From: Candidatus Oxydemutator sp.
Lineage (GTDB): Bacteria > Pseudomonadota > Gammaproteobacteria > Poriferisulfidales > Oxydemutatoraceae
Direction: 5' to 3'
NCBI GenBank assembly: GCA_965203445.1
Contig: OZ241883.1
Span: forward strand, 1,312,001 to 1,376,000
Length of the DNA stretch: 64,000 nucleotides
Part shown: one piece after another, positions 25,529 to 34,897 of the stretch
Numbering within the stretch: the stretch's first letter is position 1
How the letters are laid out: every line of letters starts with the position of its first letter
Program-made: the position numbers and the translations under genes
Notes under the pieces: generated by a model
What the model was told of the DNA's origin: nothing
Database searches by the model: none
What the model saw: the letters and a program-made list of their open reading frames with translations, nothing else

Positions 25529-26155
25529 ATGGACAATGAGAAACGTAACCGCTGGCCCAATGAACGTCTGGGAAGCATGGATAATGACAGATTCCACCGC
25601 CTTATCAGAGAATATAGAGAGGGGATAGAAGGCTCCCGTCTCTCCAGAAAGTCCATCATTCTATGGACGTTTGTTTCCATTCTCTATATCCGCGGTGGCC
25701 TGTCCCTGAAAACCGCTGGGACAGGCACGGTTTTAGGCGTATCAATCGAGGGGATTACGGAGGAGAAGCTTCTTTGGCTGCTGCTTATCCTGATAATGTA
25801 TTACGCAATCAAGTATGTTTTTGCTTTGCTGAAAATTCATCGCAGACTGGAAGTGTGTGAACAATTAAGTTTATTCAAGCTATGTTGCTGGTTTCTATTT
25901 GCCGTTTCGGATGAGCAAATGAAAAGGGCGGTGTCTGATCTAAGGATGGCACCGTATCCGGAACATACACAGAAGAATATAGGCGGGGATATGATAGTGA
26001 AAGATCTGGATGGAGAAGAGAGAAACACACTTCTATTCTGGCGGCACTCGCGCCTTTTTGGTGGGCTGGAATATGTTTTGATGCCGATAATCTTTCCGAC
26101 GACGCTGTTTCTTTGGGCACTGATCGAAATTGTGTGGCGTCTGTTCTCTATATGA
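25529..26155 (+). CDS. Hypothetical membrane protein (about 3-4 TM segments); first gene of the accessory island
   Basis: 208-aa AT-rich ORF with hydrophobic stretches (IILWTFVSILYI; LLWLLLILIMYYAIKYVFALL; YVLMPIIFPTTLFLWALIEIVW). Confidence 0.65.
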   Translation: MDNEKRNRWPNERLGSMDNDRFHRLIREYREGIEGSRLSRKSIILWTFVSILYIRGGLSLKTAGTGTVLGVSIEGITEEKLLWLLLILIMYYAIKYVFALLKIHRRLEVCEQLSLFKLCCWFLFAVSDEQMKRAVSDLRMAPYPEHTQKNIGGDMIVKDLDGEERNTLLFWRHSRLFGGLEYVLMPIIFPTTLFLWALIEIVWRLFSI

Positions 26156-26337
26156 AATCAATCCGGATCTTGCTTGGGTCGCCGGGACGTCCTGAACGTT
26201 TTGTCGTCGCTAGGGGAATCAGGCCGAATGCGCGGCATGCTGGGTTTGTGGTCTGCCCCACGACGCTCCCTGCCTCCCCGTTTCTATTTCAGCTTCCACG
26301 TGTTACTATCTTTACCGTCAACCAAGGAGGCTGAATG

Positions 26338-26556
26338 ATGAAAAAGAAACAATCCAGTCAGGGAGAACCCCCTCGCAGCGGGCGCGCGCAAAATTGTAAT
26401 GCCATACTGGAGAAGGCGTTGTCACGACCGGGAGTACGTGAGGTTATGGAGGTATATGGCCAGTGGCAGAAGCGGGACAAAGGACTTGACTCGTATCGGG
26501 CGGCGACGAAAGAAGCTTATCAAATTATCACTACGGATCACGCAAACGTCTCGTAG
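26338..26556 (+). CDS. Small hypothetical protein (72-73 aa)
   Basis: Strong RBS AAGGAGG 26324-26330 and extended -10 TGtTACTAT 26301-26309 upstream; ends 23 nt before the protease gene. Confidence 0.7.
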   Translation: MKKKQSSQGEPPRSGRAQNCNAILEKALSRPGVREVMEVYGQWQKRDKGLDSYRAATKEAYQIITTDHANVS

Positions 26557-26579
26557 CCGCTTAACTGGCGGACTATTCC

Positions 26580-27545
26580 ATGCCCGTTTGGAGTGAAATA
26601 CTTGCTGAGCTTCAAAGGAGCAAGGGCACAAACAATGGTGCGCCCGATTTTGACGGTGTTCGTCGGAGCTACCTCTCAAAACTTTACGAACACTCTGACC
26701 GCAATATTATTTTGTACGCTTCCGGCTGGTTGCAGAAACAAGGAATATCGGAAGCTGCCATTTCCATTCATGACGAAGATATTCATGCCCTGATGGAAGT
26801 TAGTCAGGGTCTGAAAGGTTCTGATCTTGACTTGATCCTGCATAGTCCGGGAGGTTCCCCTGAAGCGGCCGAAGCGATTGTGTCTTATCTGCGATCGCGG
26901 TTTTCTCATATCCGAGTAATCGTTCCGCAGCTCGCCATGTCTGCTGCAACCATGATCGCTTGTGCGGCGAATGAAATCGTGCTTGGCAAACATTCTTTTC
27001 TTGGACCGACCGACCCGCAACTTTTGTTGGCGACTCAGCTTGGCGTGCGCTTGGTTCCTGCTCAGGCCGTTTTAGATCAATTCGACAGGGCGCAACGTGA
27101 ATGCGCCGATCCGAAGAAGATTTCCGCTTGGCTGTCAATGCTGAGTCAGTACGGCCCTGACCTGTTGGAGCGGTGCGAACAAGCTTTGGATATGTCAAAA
27201 GACCTTGTGCGGGTATGGTTGGAGACGCATATGTTCGAGGAAGACTCGAAACGGGCAGACAAAGCAACACGGATTTCCGAATGGCTTGCTGATCATAAAC
27301 ATTTTAAGAGTCATAGCCGTCATATATCGAGGGATAAGCTTGAAGATCAGCAACTGAAAATATTGTCACTGGAAAGCGATGAGACTTTGCAAGATCTGAG
27401 TCTTTCGGTATTTCACGCCACTACCCACACGTTCGCCAGCACTCCGGTGGTAAAAATCGTAGAAAGCCACACTGGTCGCGCCTTTATTAAGAGCAGCATA
27501 CAGGCCGTTCCTTTCCCCAATAATCCGGCTCCCCCCATTGTGTAA
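26580..27545 (+). CDS. SDH_sah family ClpP/crotonase-like serine protease
   Basis: LDLILHSPGGSPEAAE, AMSAATMIA (nucleophile Ser), LGPTDPQ, SHSRHI. Confidence 0.88.
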   Translation: MPVWSEILAELQRSKGTNNGAPDFDGVRRSYLSKLYEHSDRNIILYASGWLQKQGISEAAISIHDEDIHALMEVSQGLKGSDLDLILHSPGGSPEAAEAIVSYLRSRFSHIRVIVPQLAMSAATMIACAANEIVLGKHSFLGPTDPQLLLATQLGVRLVPAQAVLDQFDRAQRECADPKKISAWLSMLSQYGPDLLERCEQALDMSKDLVRVWLETHMFEEDSKRADKATRISEWLADHKHFKSHSRHISRDKLEDQQLKILSLESDETLQDLSLSVFHATTHTFASTPVVKIVESHTGRAFIKSSIQAVPFPNNPAPPIV

Positions 27546-27587
27546 GAGGCTTTCCTACCGTTGTTGTGGGATAGCATACTAAATCTC

Positions 27588-28245
27588 ATGGGAAAACTCG
27601 ACCGCCTGAAAGCGTTGTTGCGCGAGATGTTCCAGCTCGAGCGCGGCGATCTGGACTTCGGCCTGTATCGGATCATGGGCATGAAGTCGGCCGAGGTCGC
27701 GGCGTTTCTCGACAAGGATCTGCTGCCGCAGGTACAGGACAGGCTGAAACTCACCGGCGACAGGGGGCGTGCCGATCTGGAGAAAGAGATTCGGGACGCC
27801 GTCCAAGGGGCCGAAAAGCTGGGAGTTGCGCCCGAAGATACGCCTCATGTCAAGAAATTGCGGGTGCGCCTGGCCGGGATGAGGAAAGACGCGGACGCCG
27901 AGGCCGACGTCTATAACCATCTCGCCAACTTCTTTGCCCGTTATTGCACCGAAGGCGACTTCATGTCGCAGCGTCGCTATTCCGGCGGCGGGCGCTCGTC
28001 CTATCTGATCCCCTACGACGGCGAGGAAGTAAAACTGCACTGGGCCAACGCCGACCAGTATTACATCAAGACGACCGAGAACTACGCCTCCTACGTGTTC
28101 ACGGTCGACGCGGGCGGTGGGCTGCGGCGCGTGCGCTTTGAGATTGCGGCGGCGGACAACGAGAAGGACAACGTCAAGGAAACCGCCGACAAGCAGCGCC
28201 GCTTTGTGCTCGCCAGAGGCAAGGGCGCCGTCGCCGTCCTCGACG
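27588..28245 (+). pseudogene. Truncated second copy of the type III-like mod 5' end
   Basis: 27593-28245 aligns without gaps to 30896-31548 (offset 3303); lacks all MTase motifs; runs into an unrelated pseudogene. Confidence 0.9.
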
Positions 28246-28950
28246 TAGCGACCGCCGCCATCGGCGGTGTACTGGGCGACGCCGCTGATGGCGGCCGTAT
28301 TGTGGCACCGGATGACGCTCGTGTCGTCGGCGTCTATGTCGCGGTCGCGGTCGGTGTCGCCCGCGTAGCGCCACGGCGCGACGGTGTACGGCTGGCGCGT
28401 CGGCAGCAGATTTCTATAGGTGGTCTTCATGGCGCCGCGCGCACGCTCGTACGCGCCTTGCAGAAATACGCGGGCAGCCACGCTTATCGCCGCCGCCGCG
28501 CTTGGTTCGGGAGCGGGGGCAATCGGCGGCTGCCCACCCCCGTTCCCTGTTTCTCTTTGGGTGGCCGGATCTAAGCCGCCGTATTGCAGTACCGGGTATT
28601 CGGACGACGTGCCGAAGTTCCATGGATCGTCGCCGCTGCCGTCTCGATCAATATCCACGTTCCAGGCGGCGTAGATGCCGCCGCCATAATTCACTGGCGA
28701 CTGCAATTCGCTCGCAGTCTTGCCGCTGCCGCCATCGCTATTGCTTCCGCCTGTGCCCGTGTCTCAATAGGCGTTGTCTATGCGAGCCGTACTGTGCCCC
28801 CTCCCCACCAAGCCGCCAACCTCGGTGTCGCCCGAGACCGTGTTTCTGGCGTAGCTGGCGTGTATCTCCGTCGTGTTGCCGAGGCGCCCCACCAATCCAC
28901 CGATGTCACGGCTCGTATTTCCCTGGCCGGTGACGGATCCCGTCGTGTGT
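28246..28950 (-). pseudogene. Fragment of a large secreted GLUG-repeat surface protein
   Basis: IGGLVG and VGGLVG GLUG motifs, a frameshift, AY*D (probably W to stop), GIYAAWNVDIDRDGSGDDPWNFGTSSEYPVL, RVFLQGAY..QPY..PW, dockerin-like GDTDRDRDIDADD. Confidence 0.75.
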
Positions 28951-29091
28951 CAAGCCAAAGCAGAAATGTCCTATTTGCCGGCGACGCTTATGGCGACCCG
29001 CCGTAGCGCCTGACGTGGTGATGCAGGCTGAGGAAATTATCGGCAGCGACAATCCGGAGCAGTTGAAACGGGCTGCTTTTTACATCGTTTT

Positions 29092-30171
29092 CTATTCATG
29101 AGCAGTCCACAATCGGCCCTGCAACCAGAGGCTGCCTTCTATATCTTGAGCGACGCTCGGCGGTTCGCTGCCAGACCACGCGCGTCTGGTAATAAATACG
29201 TCCAAGTCGGCATCTTCATCATCGAACCGCATGACCGTAACGCGCACTTGCCATCCTGATTGACCAAGCCAATCATTTGAAAACGGTTCCACCTCGCGTA
29301 TCGTACCCCGAAAATAGTAGTCATCCCGATCCTCTTCGGGCAGAGGCAACAATATTGCCGCACCTCCCATTTGAAACGTATTCGAACTTCGGGGGGCCGG
29401 CACCTGTGGATTTTCATCGGCTATTGCCTGCTGCCAATGGACACTATCGGAATGTTGCTTCACCAATAATTCGGCGGGTTCGGCGGGCTCGGCCCCGTAG
29501 GCAATGCCGGCCAGGAGAAATTGGCATGATGTACCGGCTTTGTACCAAGCGCGGTTATTCAGAAAATTGGTGTCGAAGAACGTAACGATTGCAGGCCCCC
29601 AAGCCCCCTCGATTTGCGCTTCGACTCCATTGCGCCAGACGAATACCCGCCGAATCTCCATGCTGGCCTCACTGCCGGTACAGATATATGGGTACATGCT
29701 GGCTATCTGATTTTGGCCTTCTTTGCGCAGGATCGTTACCACCAGGCCGCAATAAGGTATCGGCCAGTATAAATGCTCACCTTCCATCCAATCCCCCGGT
29801 GTCTCGCGAGGCGCGGGATATGTATCGCCAAACGCTGGAACCGTGAATGCCTGAGACAGTATCTCTTCCAGGTTCCTGATCACGTCATTGGGATCCTCAT
29901 AAAACGGTCTCCAATGAGAACCATGATAGTGTGGTTGATCCTCCGACTCGCATATAAACGTGCAATCCGGCCATGTGGGTTGAGAAGTTGGCGGTTCATC
30001 AGACGTAACACCAGCCTCAAGCTGGGAAACCAGACGTTCCCTCTTCACAAGCCCTTGCTCGCCACTCGCTAACTGAATGCCGATATAATCGTCACCGACA
30101 AAAGTTATCGTGCAAGGGCCATGCTTGGGATGGTTGATTTCGGTGCCGACCTCGAACTTTTTCATGCTCAC
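29092..30171 (-). CDS. Hypothetical protein (359 aa)
   Basis: Long ORF of intermediate GC; N-terminal SH3-like segment (HPKHGPCTITFV), C-terminal OB-like segment (DDYYFRGTI...GSLWLQG); family not recognised. Confidence 0.7.
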   Translation of the reverse strand: MSMKKFEVGTEINHPKHGPCTITFVGDDYIGIQLASGEQGLVKRERLVSQLEAGVTSDEPPTSQPTWPDCTFICESEDQPHYHGSHWRPFYEDPNDVIRNLEEILSQAFTVPAFGDTYPAPRETPGDWMEGEHLYWPIPYCGLVVTILRKEGQNQIASMYPYICTGSEASMEIRRVFVWRNGVEAQIEGAWGPAIVTFFDTNFLNNRAWYKAGTSCQFLLAGIAYGAEPAEPAELLVKQHSDSVHWQQAIADENPQVPAPRSSNTFQMGGAAILLPLPEEDRDDYYFRGTIREVEPFSNDWLGQSGWQVRVTVMRFDDEDADLDVFITRRAWSGSEPPSVAQDIEGSLWLQGRLWTAHE

Positions 30172-30397
30172 GGTTCTATTTCCATTAAGCCGATTTCGTC
30201 AATAGACGACGCGTAATGCGCGAGCTGTAAGGTGGGATGGGGTATTCGCTGCGCCCGTATCCGTTGCCGGCGTCGCCGCAACGGATAACAATATTTTTAT
30301 CGCCATCTCGATGAATTGAACCTGTCAGGAAGCATTGATGTTATCAATGTATCGGCGGCAAGGCAAGATTTCGCTGAAAACCGTCAAATGCATTACC

Positions 30398-30430
30398 CCC
30401 TCTCCCTCTGGGAGAGGGCCGGGGTGAGAG
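30398..30430. repeat. REP-like palindrome (partial copy)
   Basis: CCCTCTCCC-TCT-GGGAGAGGG-CCGGGGTGAGAG; same family as 3669-3704. Confidence 0.8.
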
Positions 30431-30462
30431 CTTCTTCCGTTGCCCCGATCTATTCTCCATAA

Positions 30463-30711
30463 TTAAGGCATGCGCTGCCCATTGTGCCATAGTTCATATT
30501 CGCTGATGTCTATGTCGTTGCTCCACGTTATCGCGTATCCACCTTGCTCCACTTCGACGGAGCGGAATAAAACGGGATTTTTCAAAGGGGCGAACATTTT
30601 CCGTGTCAGCAATGGGGCAACGTCATACTTTCTTTCCTGGCCATTATCAAATCGAACCAGGAGAGTATGGTCGTTCATGGTTTGTACAGATCGAATTTTG
30701 GGGTATGACAT
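30463..30711 (-). CDS. DUF2442 family protein (putative antitoxin)
   Basis: LLVRFDNG, F.PLKNP.LF..V, GGYAITW, DIDI...EL. Confidence 0.88.
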   Translation of the reverse strand: MSYPKIRSVQTMNDHTLLVRFDNGQERKYDVAPLLTRKMFAPLKNPVLFRSVEVEQGGYAITWSNDIDISEYELWHNGQRMP

Positions 30712-30713
30712 GA

Positions 30714-30788
30714 CTACTCCAGCGGAGGCAAATGGTCTCCAAAGAATAATTTTATGATCATTCCGTATAAGCTTGTAACTTCAGTGGC
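30714..30788 (-). pseudogene. Internally deleted DUF4160 gene remnant
   Basis: EVTSLYGMIIKLFFGDH (DUF4160-like N-terminus) joined directly to LPPLE* (typical C-terminus); start codon lost; directly upstream of its usual partner DUF2442. Confidence 0.75.
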
Positions 30789-30857
30789 TGGCGCTGGCAA
30801 GCCAGATACGCAATCTCCTATTATAATTTGCCCGTGACCAACTCCATTTCCGTCGCG

Positions 30858-33800
30858 ATGTCCAACGATTCCCGACCGGCCCCGGGTTCCGGAGAAAAAC
30901 TCGACCGCCTGAAAGCGTTGTTGCGCGAGATGTTCCAGCTCGAGCGCGGCGATCTGGACTTCGGCCTGTATCGGATCATGGGCATGAAGTCGGCCGAGGT
31001 CGCGGCGTTTCTCGACAAGGATCTGCTGCCGCAGATAAAGGACAGGCTGAAACTCACCGGCGACAGCGAGCGTGCCGATCTGGAGAAAGAGATTCGGGAC
31101 GCCGAGAAAGATGCCATAAAACTGGAGTTCAAACCCGAAGATGCGCCTCGTGTCCAGAAATTGCGGACGCGCCTGGCCGCGATGAGGAAAGACGCGGACG
31201 CCGAGGCCGACGTCTATAACCATCTCGCCAACTTCTTTGCCCGTTATTACACCGAGGGCGACTTCATGTCGCAGCGTCGCTATTCCGGCGGCGGGCGCTC
31301 GTCCTATCTGATCCCCTACGACGGCGAGGAAGTGAAACTGCACTGGGCCAACGCCGACCAGTATTACATCAAGACGACCGAGAACTACGCCTCCTACGTG
31401 TTCACGGTCGGCGCGGGCGGTGGGCTGCGGCGCGTGCGCTTTGAGATTGCGGCGGCGGACAACGAGAAGGACAACGTCAAGGAAGCCGCCGGCAAGCAGC
31501 GCCGCTTTGTGCTCGCCAGAGGCGGGGGCGCCGTCGCCGTCCTCGACGACGATCTGGTCGTGCGCTTCGAGCATCGCCCGCTGACGGAAGGCGAAAAGAA
31601 GATATGGCCGGGCAACGGCAGCAGGCAACAGAACCGTATCAACGAGGAGGCGGTCGAGCGCATCCTGAACGCGGACGCGGCGACGGACTGGCAAGCCCTG
31701 CTGAGCGCGCCGGCACCGACCGAGGCCGACAATGAACGCACGCTGCTGGCCAAACACGTCGAGCGCTACACGGCCAAGAACAGTTTCGATTATTTCATCC
31801 ACAAAGACCTGGGCGGTTTTCTGCGCCGCGAGTTGGACTTGTATCTGAACACCGAGGTGCTGAACCTGGACGACCTGGAGCAAGGCGACGCCGCGCGCCT
31901 GGATCGGGCGCTGGCGCGGGTGCGCGCGGTTCGTCACGTCGGCTGCAAGATCATAGATTTTCTGGCCCAGCTGGAGGATTTTCAGAAGAAGTTGTGGCTG
32001 AAGAAGAAGTTTGTGCTGGAGACGAACTGGTGCGCGACCCTCGACCGCGTGCCGGAGGCACTGTACTCGGAGATCGCCGCCAACGCGGCGCAGTGCGAGG
32101 AGTGGGTCGCGTTGTTCGCCGTTGATGAGATAGCGGGCGATTCGGAAGGCGACGGCGCGGCCTGGAACAATCCGCCGAGCGTTGCTTTTCTGAAGGCCAA
32201 CCCGTACCTGGTGCTCGACACGCGACATTTCGAGCGTGGCTTCGTGGACAAGTTGCTGGCGGCGTTATCCGACGCCGGCCCGCTGGACGAGCAGCTGGAC
32301 GGCCTGCTGGTACACGGCGAGAACTTCCAGGCACTGAACCTGTTGCAGGCGCGGTATCGGGAGCAGGTGCGGTGTGTGTACATTGATCCTCCTTTCAATA
32401 CGGGCGACGGGGATTTCGCATATAAGGATGGCTATCGCTCTTCGAGTTGGATTTCAGCGATGTCCGAAAAAATATCATTGTCGCGTCGCCTGATGTCTTG
32501 CGACGGACAATTTTGCGTTCATATTGATGAAAACGAAAGTGAAAACCTGCACAGATTGATGAGCGGTATTTTTGGTTCCGATAATTATCTGGGGGCGATG
32601 ATATGGAACAAGCGCAACCCCAAGGGAGACGCGAAAGGTTTGGCAGTCCAGCATGAATCCATATTGTGGGCGGTGAAAGATGCCGATGAATTGTCTTCTG
32701 ATGAAAATGATCTGCGCCGCCCGAAAAGGAACGCAAAAAAGATATTGGATATGGCAAGAAGATGTATCAGGAAATCGGACACTTTGGACGGAGCGCGCAA
32801 GAAATTTTCTGACTGGTTGAACGTTCAAAGCTTTTCCGGAGGGGAGTTGGCGTATAAGTTTTTGGACGATAAAGGACAGGTTTTCCAGATGGTTTCAATG
32901 GCATGGCCAAATAAAGACAAGGCCCCAGCCGAATATTATGAACCGTTGATCCATCCTGATACTGGCATGGCTTGTCCCGTCCCCAGGAGGGGTTGGAGAA
33001 ATACCCCGAAGAAGATGAAGGAGCTATTAGAAAATGATCTGATTGTATTCGGGGAGGACGAGACAACACAGCCTCGAAGAAAGTATTTGTTGGCGGAGAA
33101 TATGTTTGAGAATGTGGCATCTGTATTTGACTTCGGCGGCAGTTCGGACATCGAATCAGCCTCTATGGGTATATTCTTTGAGACGATGAAGCCTCTGATA
33201 CTCGCCAAGTACATATGCAACTTTGGGGGCGCGGGAACCATACTCGACTACTTCGCCGGTTCCGGCACCACTGCCCATGCCGCTATCAGCCTGAACCGCG
33301 AGGATGGGAGGCAACGAAAATATCTTTTGGTCGAGATGGCCGGCTATTTCGATACGGTTTTATCGCCACGCCTCAAAAAGATCATTTATTCGCAGGACTG
33401 GAAGAACGGCAAACCGGTTTCGCGCAAAGGCGGAACACAGTTTTTCAAAACCATCCGCCTTGAATCCTATGAGGACACTTTGGACAGCCTCACACGGACG
33501 CCGCCTGCCGGCGATCTGTTGGCGGAAAACAACCAGTTGGCCGAGGACTACCAGTTGCGCTACGCGCTTGGCGTAGAAACATCCGGCAGCGCCTGCTTGT
33601 TGGGCCGAGACTTCACCAATCCGTTCGCCTACACCCTCTCCGTTGTGCGCGACGGCGTGCGCCGTGAAATCCCGGTGGATCTGCCCGAAACTTTCAACTA
33701 CCTGATCGGCCTGCGCGTAGAATCCTGCCGACAAATTGACGGCGTGCTCACCATCACCGGCATAGACGCCGAAGGCCGCATATGCCTGATCCTCTGGCGC

Positions 33801-34001
33801 AACCTTGACGAGATGGATTCTTCCGCTTTGGACACTTGGTTCGCCCGCAACCGCAAGCAATTTACCGAATCTCCGAATATCATATATACCAACGGCGACC
33901 ACACACTGAACGCCATGAAACAACCCAAAGAAACCTGGACCGCCGAAACCATCGAATCGGTTTTTCGGGAACTGATGTTTGAGGAATCTGACAATGAATG
34001 A
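30858..34001 (+). CDS. mod: Type III-like R-M modification subunit (beta-class amino-MTase) with long N-terminal extension
   Basis: DLDFGLYRI N-terminus, HGENFQAL, motif IV YIDPPF, motif I LDYFAGSGTT, LESYEDTL; cognate res downstream. Confidence 0.9.
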   Translation: MSNDSRPAPGSGEKLDRLKALLREMFQLERGDLDFGLYRIMGMKSAEVAAFLDKDLLPQIKDRLKLTGDSERADLEKEIRDAEKDAIKLEFKPEDAPRVQKLRTRLAAMRKDADAEADVYNHLANFFARYYTEGDFMSQRRYSGGGRSSYLIPYDGEEVKLHWANADQYYIKTTENYASYVFTVGAGGGLRRVRFEIAAADNEKDNVKEAAGKQRRFVLARGGGAVAVLDDDLVVRFEHRPLTEGEKKIWPGNGSRQQNRINEEAVERILNADAATDWQALLSAPAPTEADNERTLLAKHVERYTAKNSFDYFIHKDLGGFLRRELDLYLNTEVLNLDDLEQGDAARLDRALARVRAVRHVGCKIIDFLAQLEDFQKKLWLKKKFVLETNWCATLDRVPEALYSEIAANAAQCEEWVALFAVDEIAGDSEGDGAAWNNPPSVAFLKANPYLVLDTRHFERGFVDKLLAALSDAGPLDEQLDGLLVHGENFQALNLLQARYREQVRCVYIDPPFNTGDGDFAYKDGYRSSSWISAMSEKISLSRRLMSCDGQFCVHIDENESENLHRLMSGIFGSDNYLGAMIWNKRNPKGDAKGLAVQHESILWAVKDADELSSDENDLRRPKRNAKKILDMARRCIRKSDTLDGARKKFSDWLNVQSFSGGELAYKFLDDKGQVFQMVSMAWPNKDKAPAEYYEPLIHPDTGMACPVPRRGWRNTPKKMKELLENDLIVFGEDETTQPRRKYLLAENMFENVASVFDFGGSSDIESASMGIFFETMKPLILAKYICNFGGAGTILDYFAGSGTTAHAAISLNREDGRQRKYLLVEMAGYFDTVLSPRLKKIIYSQDWKNGKPVSRKGGTQFFKTIRLESYEDTLDSLTRTPPAGDLLAENNQLAEDYQLRYALGVETSGSACLLGRDFTNPFAYTLSVVRDGVRREIPVDLPETFNYLIGLRVESCRQIDGVLTITGIDAEGRICLILWRNLDEMDSSALDTWFARNRKQFTESPNIIYTNGDHTLNAMKQPKETWTAETIESVFRELMFEESDNE

Positions 34002-34896
34002 TAATCGGGATCAATCTACTGAATCCCTCACTTTCTCGCAACGCTACGGGTATGAACCTCTGCCAGAACCGATGAAACTGGAAGAGCTATCAGGTGACCT
34101 GAGACGAAAGATATGGAATGAGGTGCGAGAGTTCCTTTTGTCACTGTCATCAGACCCCGATTCGGATGATAATAGTTTCAAAAGCGAAGGCAAAAGGTTT
34201 ATCGAGCGTGTTCTCGGAAAATTCCTAAAGAAAAGTGAAGACGAAATTATAGCCAGAGACCTTCATCCATATGATGCTTTCAGGCATATCCTCGATTCTT
34301 TCAAGCAATCAATATTACAAGACACATTTAATCGTATCCTCGATCTCGTCGAACTTATTGTAAATGACAGATCTGTAGAAAGTAGGTTCGCAGACAAAAT
34401 TGCTTGTCTCTTTGAAGCACATGCTGCTGCCTATTGGTTGGACACGTCATGCTCTCCATCTCAATTTATTCCACGCGTCACCAGGGAACAAGGCGAGGCT
34501 ACGAGAGCAGCCATCGAGACGATTCACAAAAACGATATGGAAGGGGCCAGCACACACTTGCGCGATGCGTCGGCCCATATCAACACAGGTCAATTCGCAG
34601 ACTCGATTGCGGATAGTATCCATGCCGTCGAGTCCGTCGCGTGCATAATCTGTCCAAAAGAGAAAACACTTGGGAAAGCATTGGATGCCTTGCAGAAAAA
34701 GGGTTTGTTGAAGCATCCGGCACTCAAAGAGGCTTTCTCGAACTTATACGGTTACACAAGCGATGAACAGGGAATCCGACACGCCCTACTCGATAAAGAC
34801 TCGCCGGATGTCGACATAGACGAGGCCATGTTCATGTTCGGTGCTTGCGCGTCCTTTGCCGCCTATCTCGCCAGCAAGCATCAGCAGACGAAGTAG
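33994..34896 (+). CDS. AbiJ-NTD4-like protein with C-terminal HEPN/Abi-like helical domain
   Basis: N-terminal FSQRYGY...LRRKIWN; C-terminal SIHAVESV, TLGKAL, LYGYTSDEQGIRHA; ATGAATGA overlap with the mod stop. Confidence 0.72.
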   Translation: MNDNRDQSTESLTFSQRYGYEPLPEPMKLEELSGDLRRKIWNEVREFLLSLSSDPDSDDNSFKSEGKRFIERVLGKFLKKSEDEIIARDLHPYDAFRHILDSFKQSILQDTFNRILDLVELIVNDRSVESRFADKIACLFEAHAAAYWLDTSCSPSQFIPRVTREQGEATRAAIETIHKNDMEGASTHLRDASAHINTGQFADSIADSIHAVESVACIICPKEKTLGKALDALQKKGLLKHPALKEAFSNLYGYTSDEQGIRHALLDKDSPDVDIDEAMFMFGACASFAAYLASKHQQTK

Positions 34897-34897
34897 C

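Noticed and set aside
27561-28574. 337-aa ORF as a novel fusion protein
   Set aside because: The C-terminal third is antisense read-through of the GLUG pseudogene.
28960-29091. Short plus-strand peptide QAEEIIGSDNPEQLKRAAFY, vaguely Fic-family-like
   Set aside because: Too short and without the Fic motif; cannot be supported without a search.
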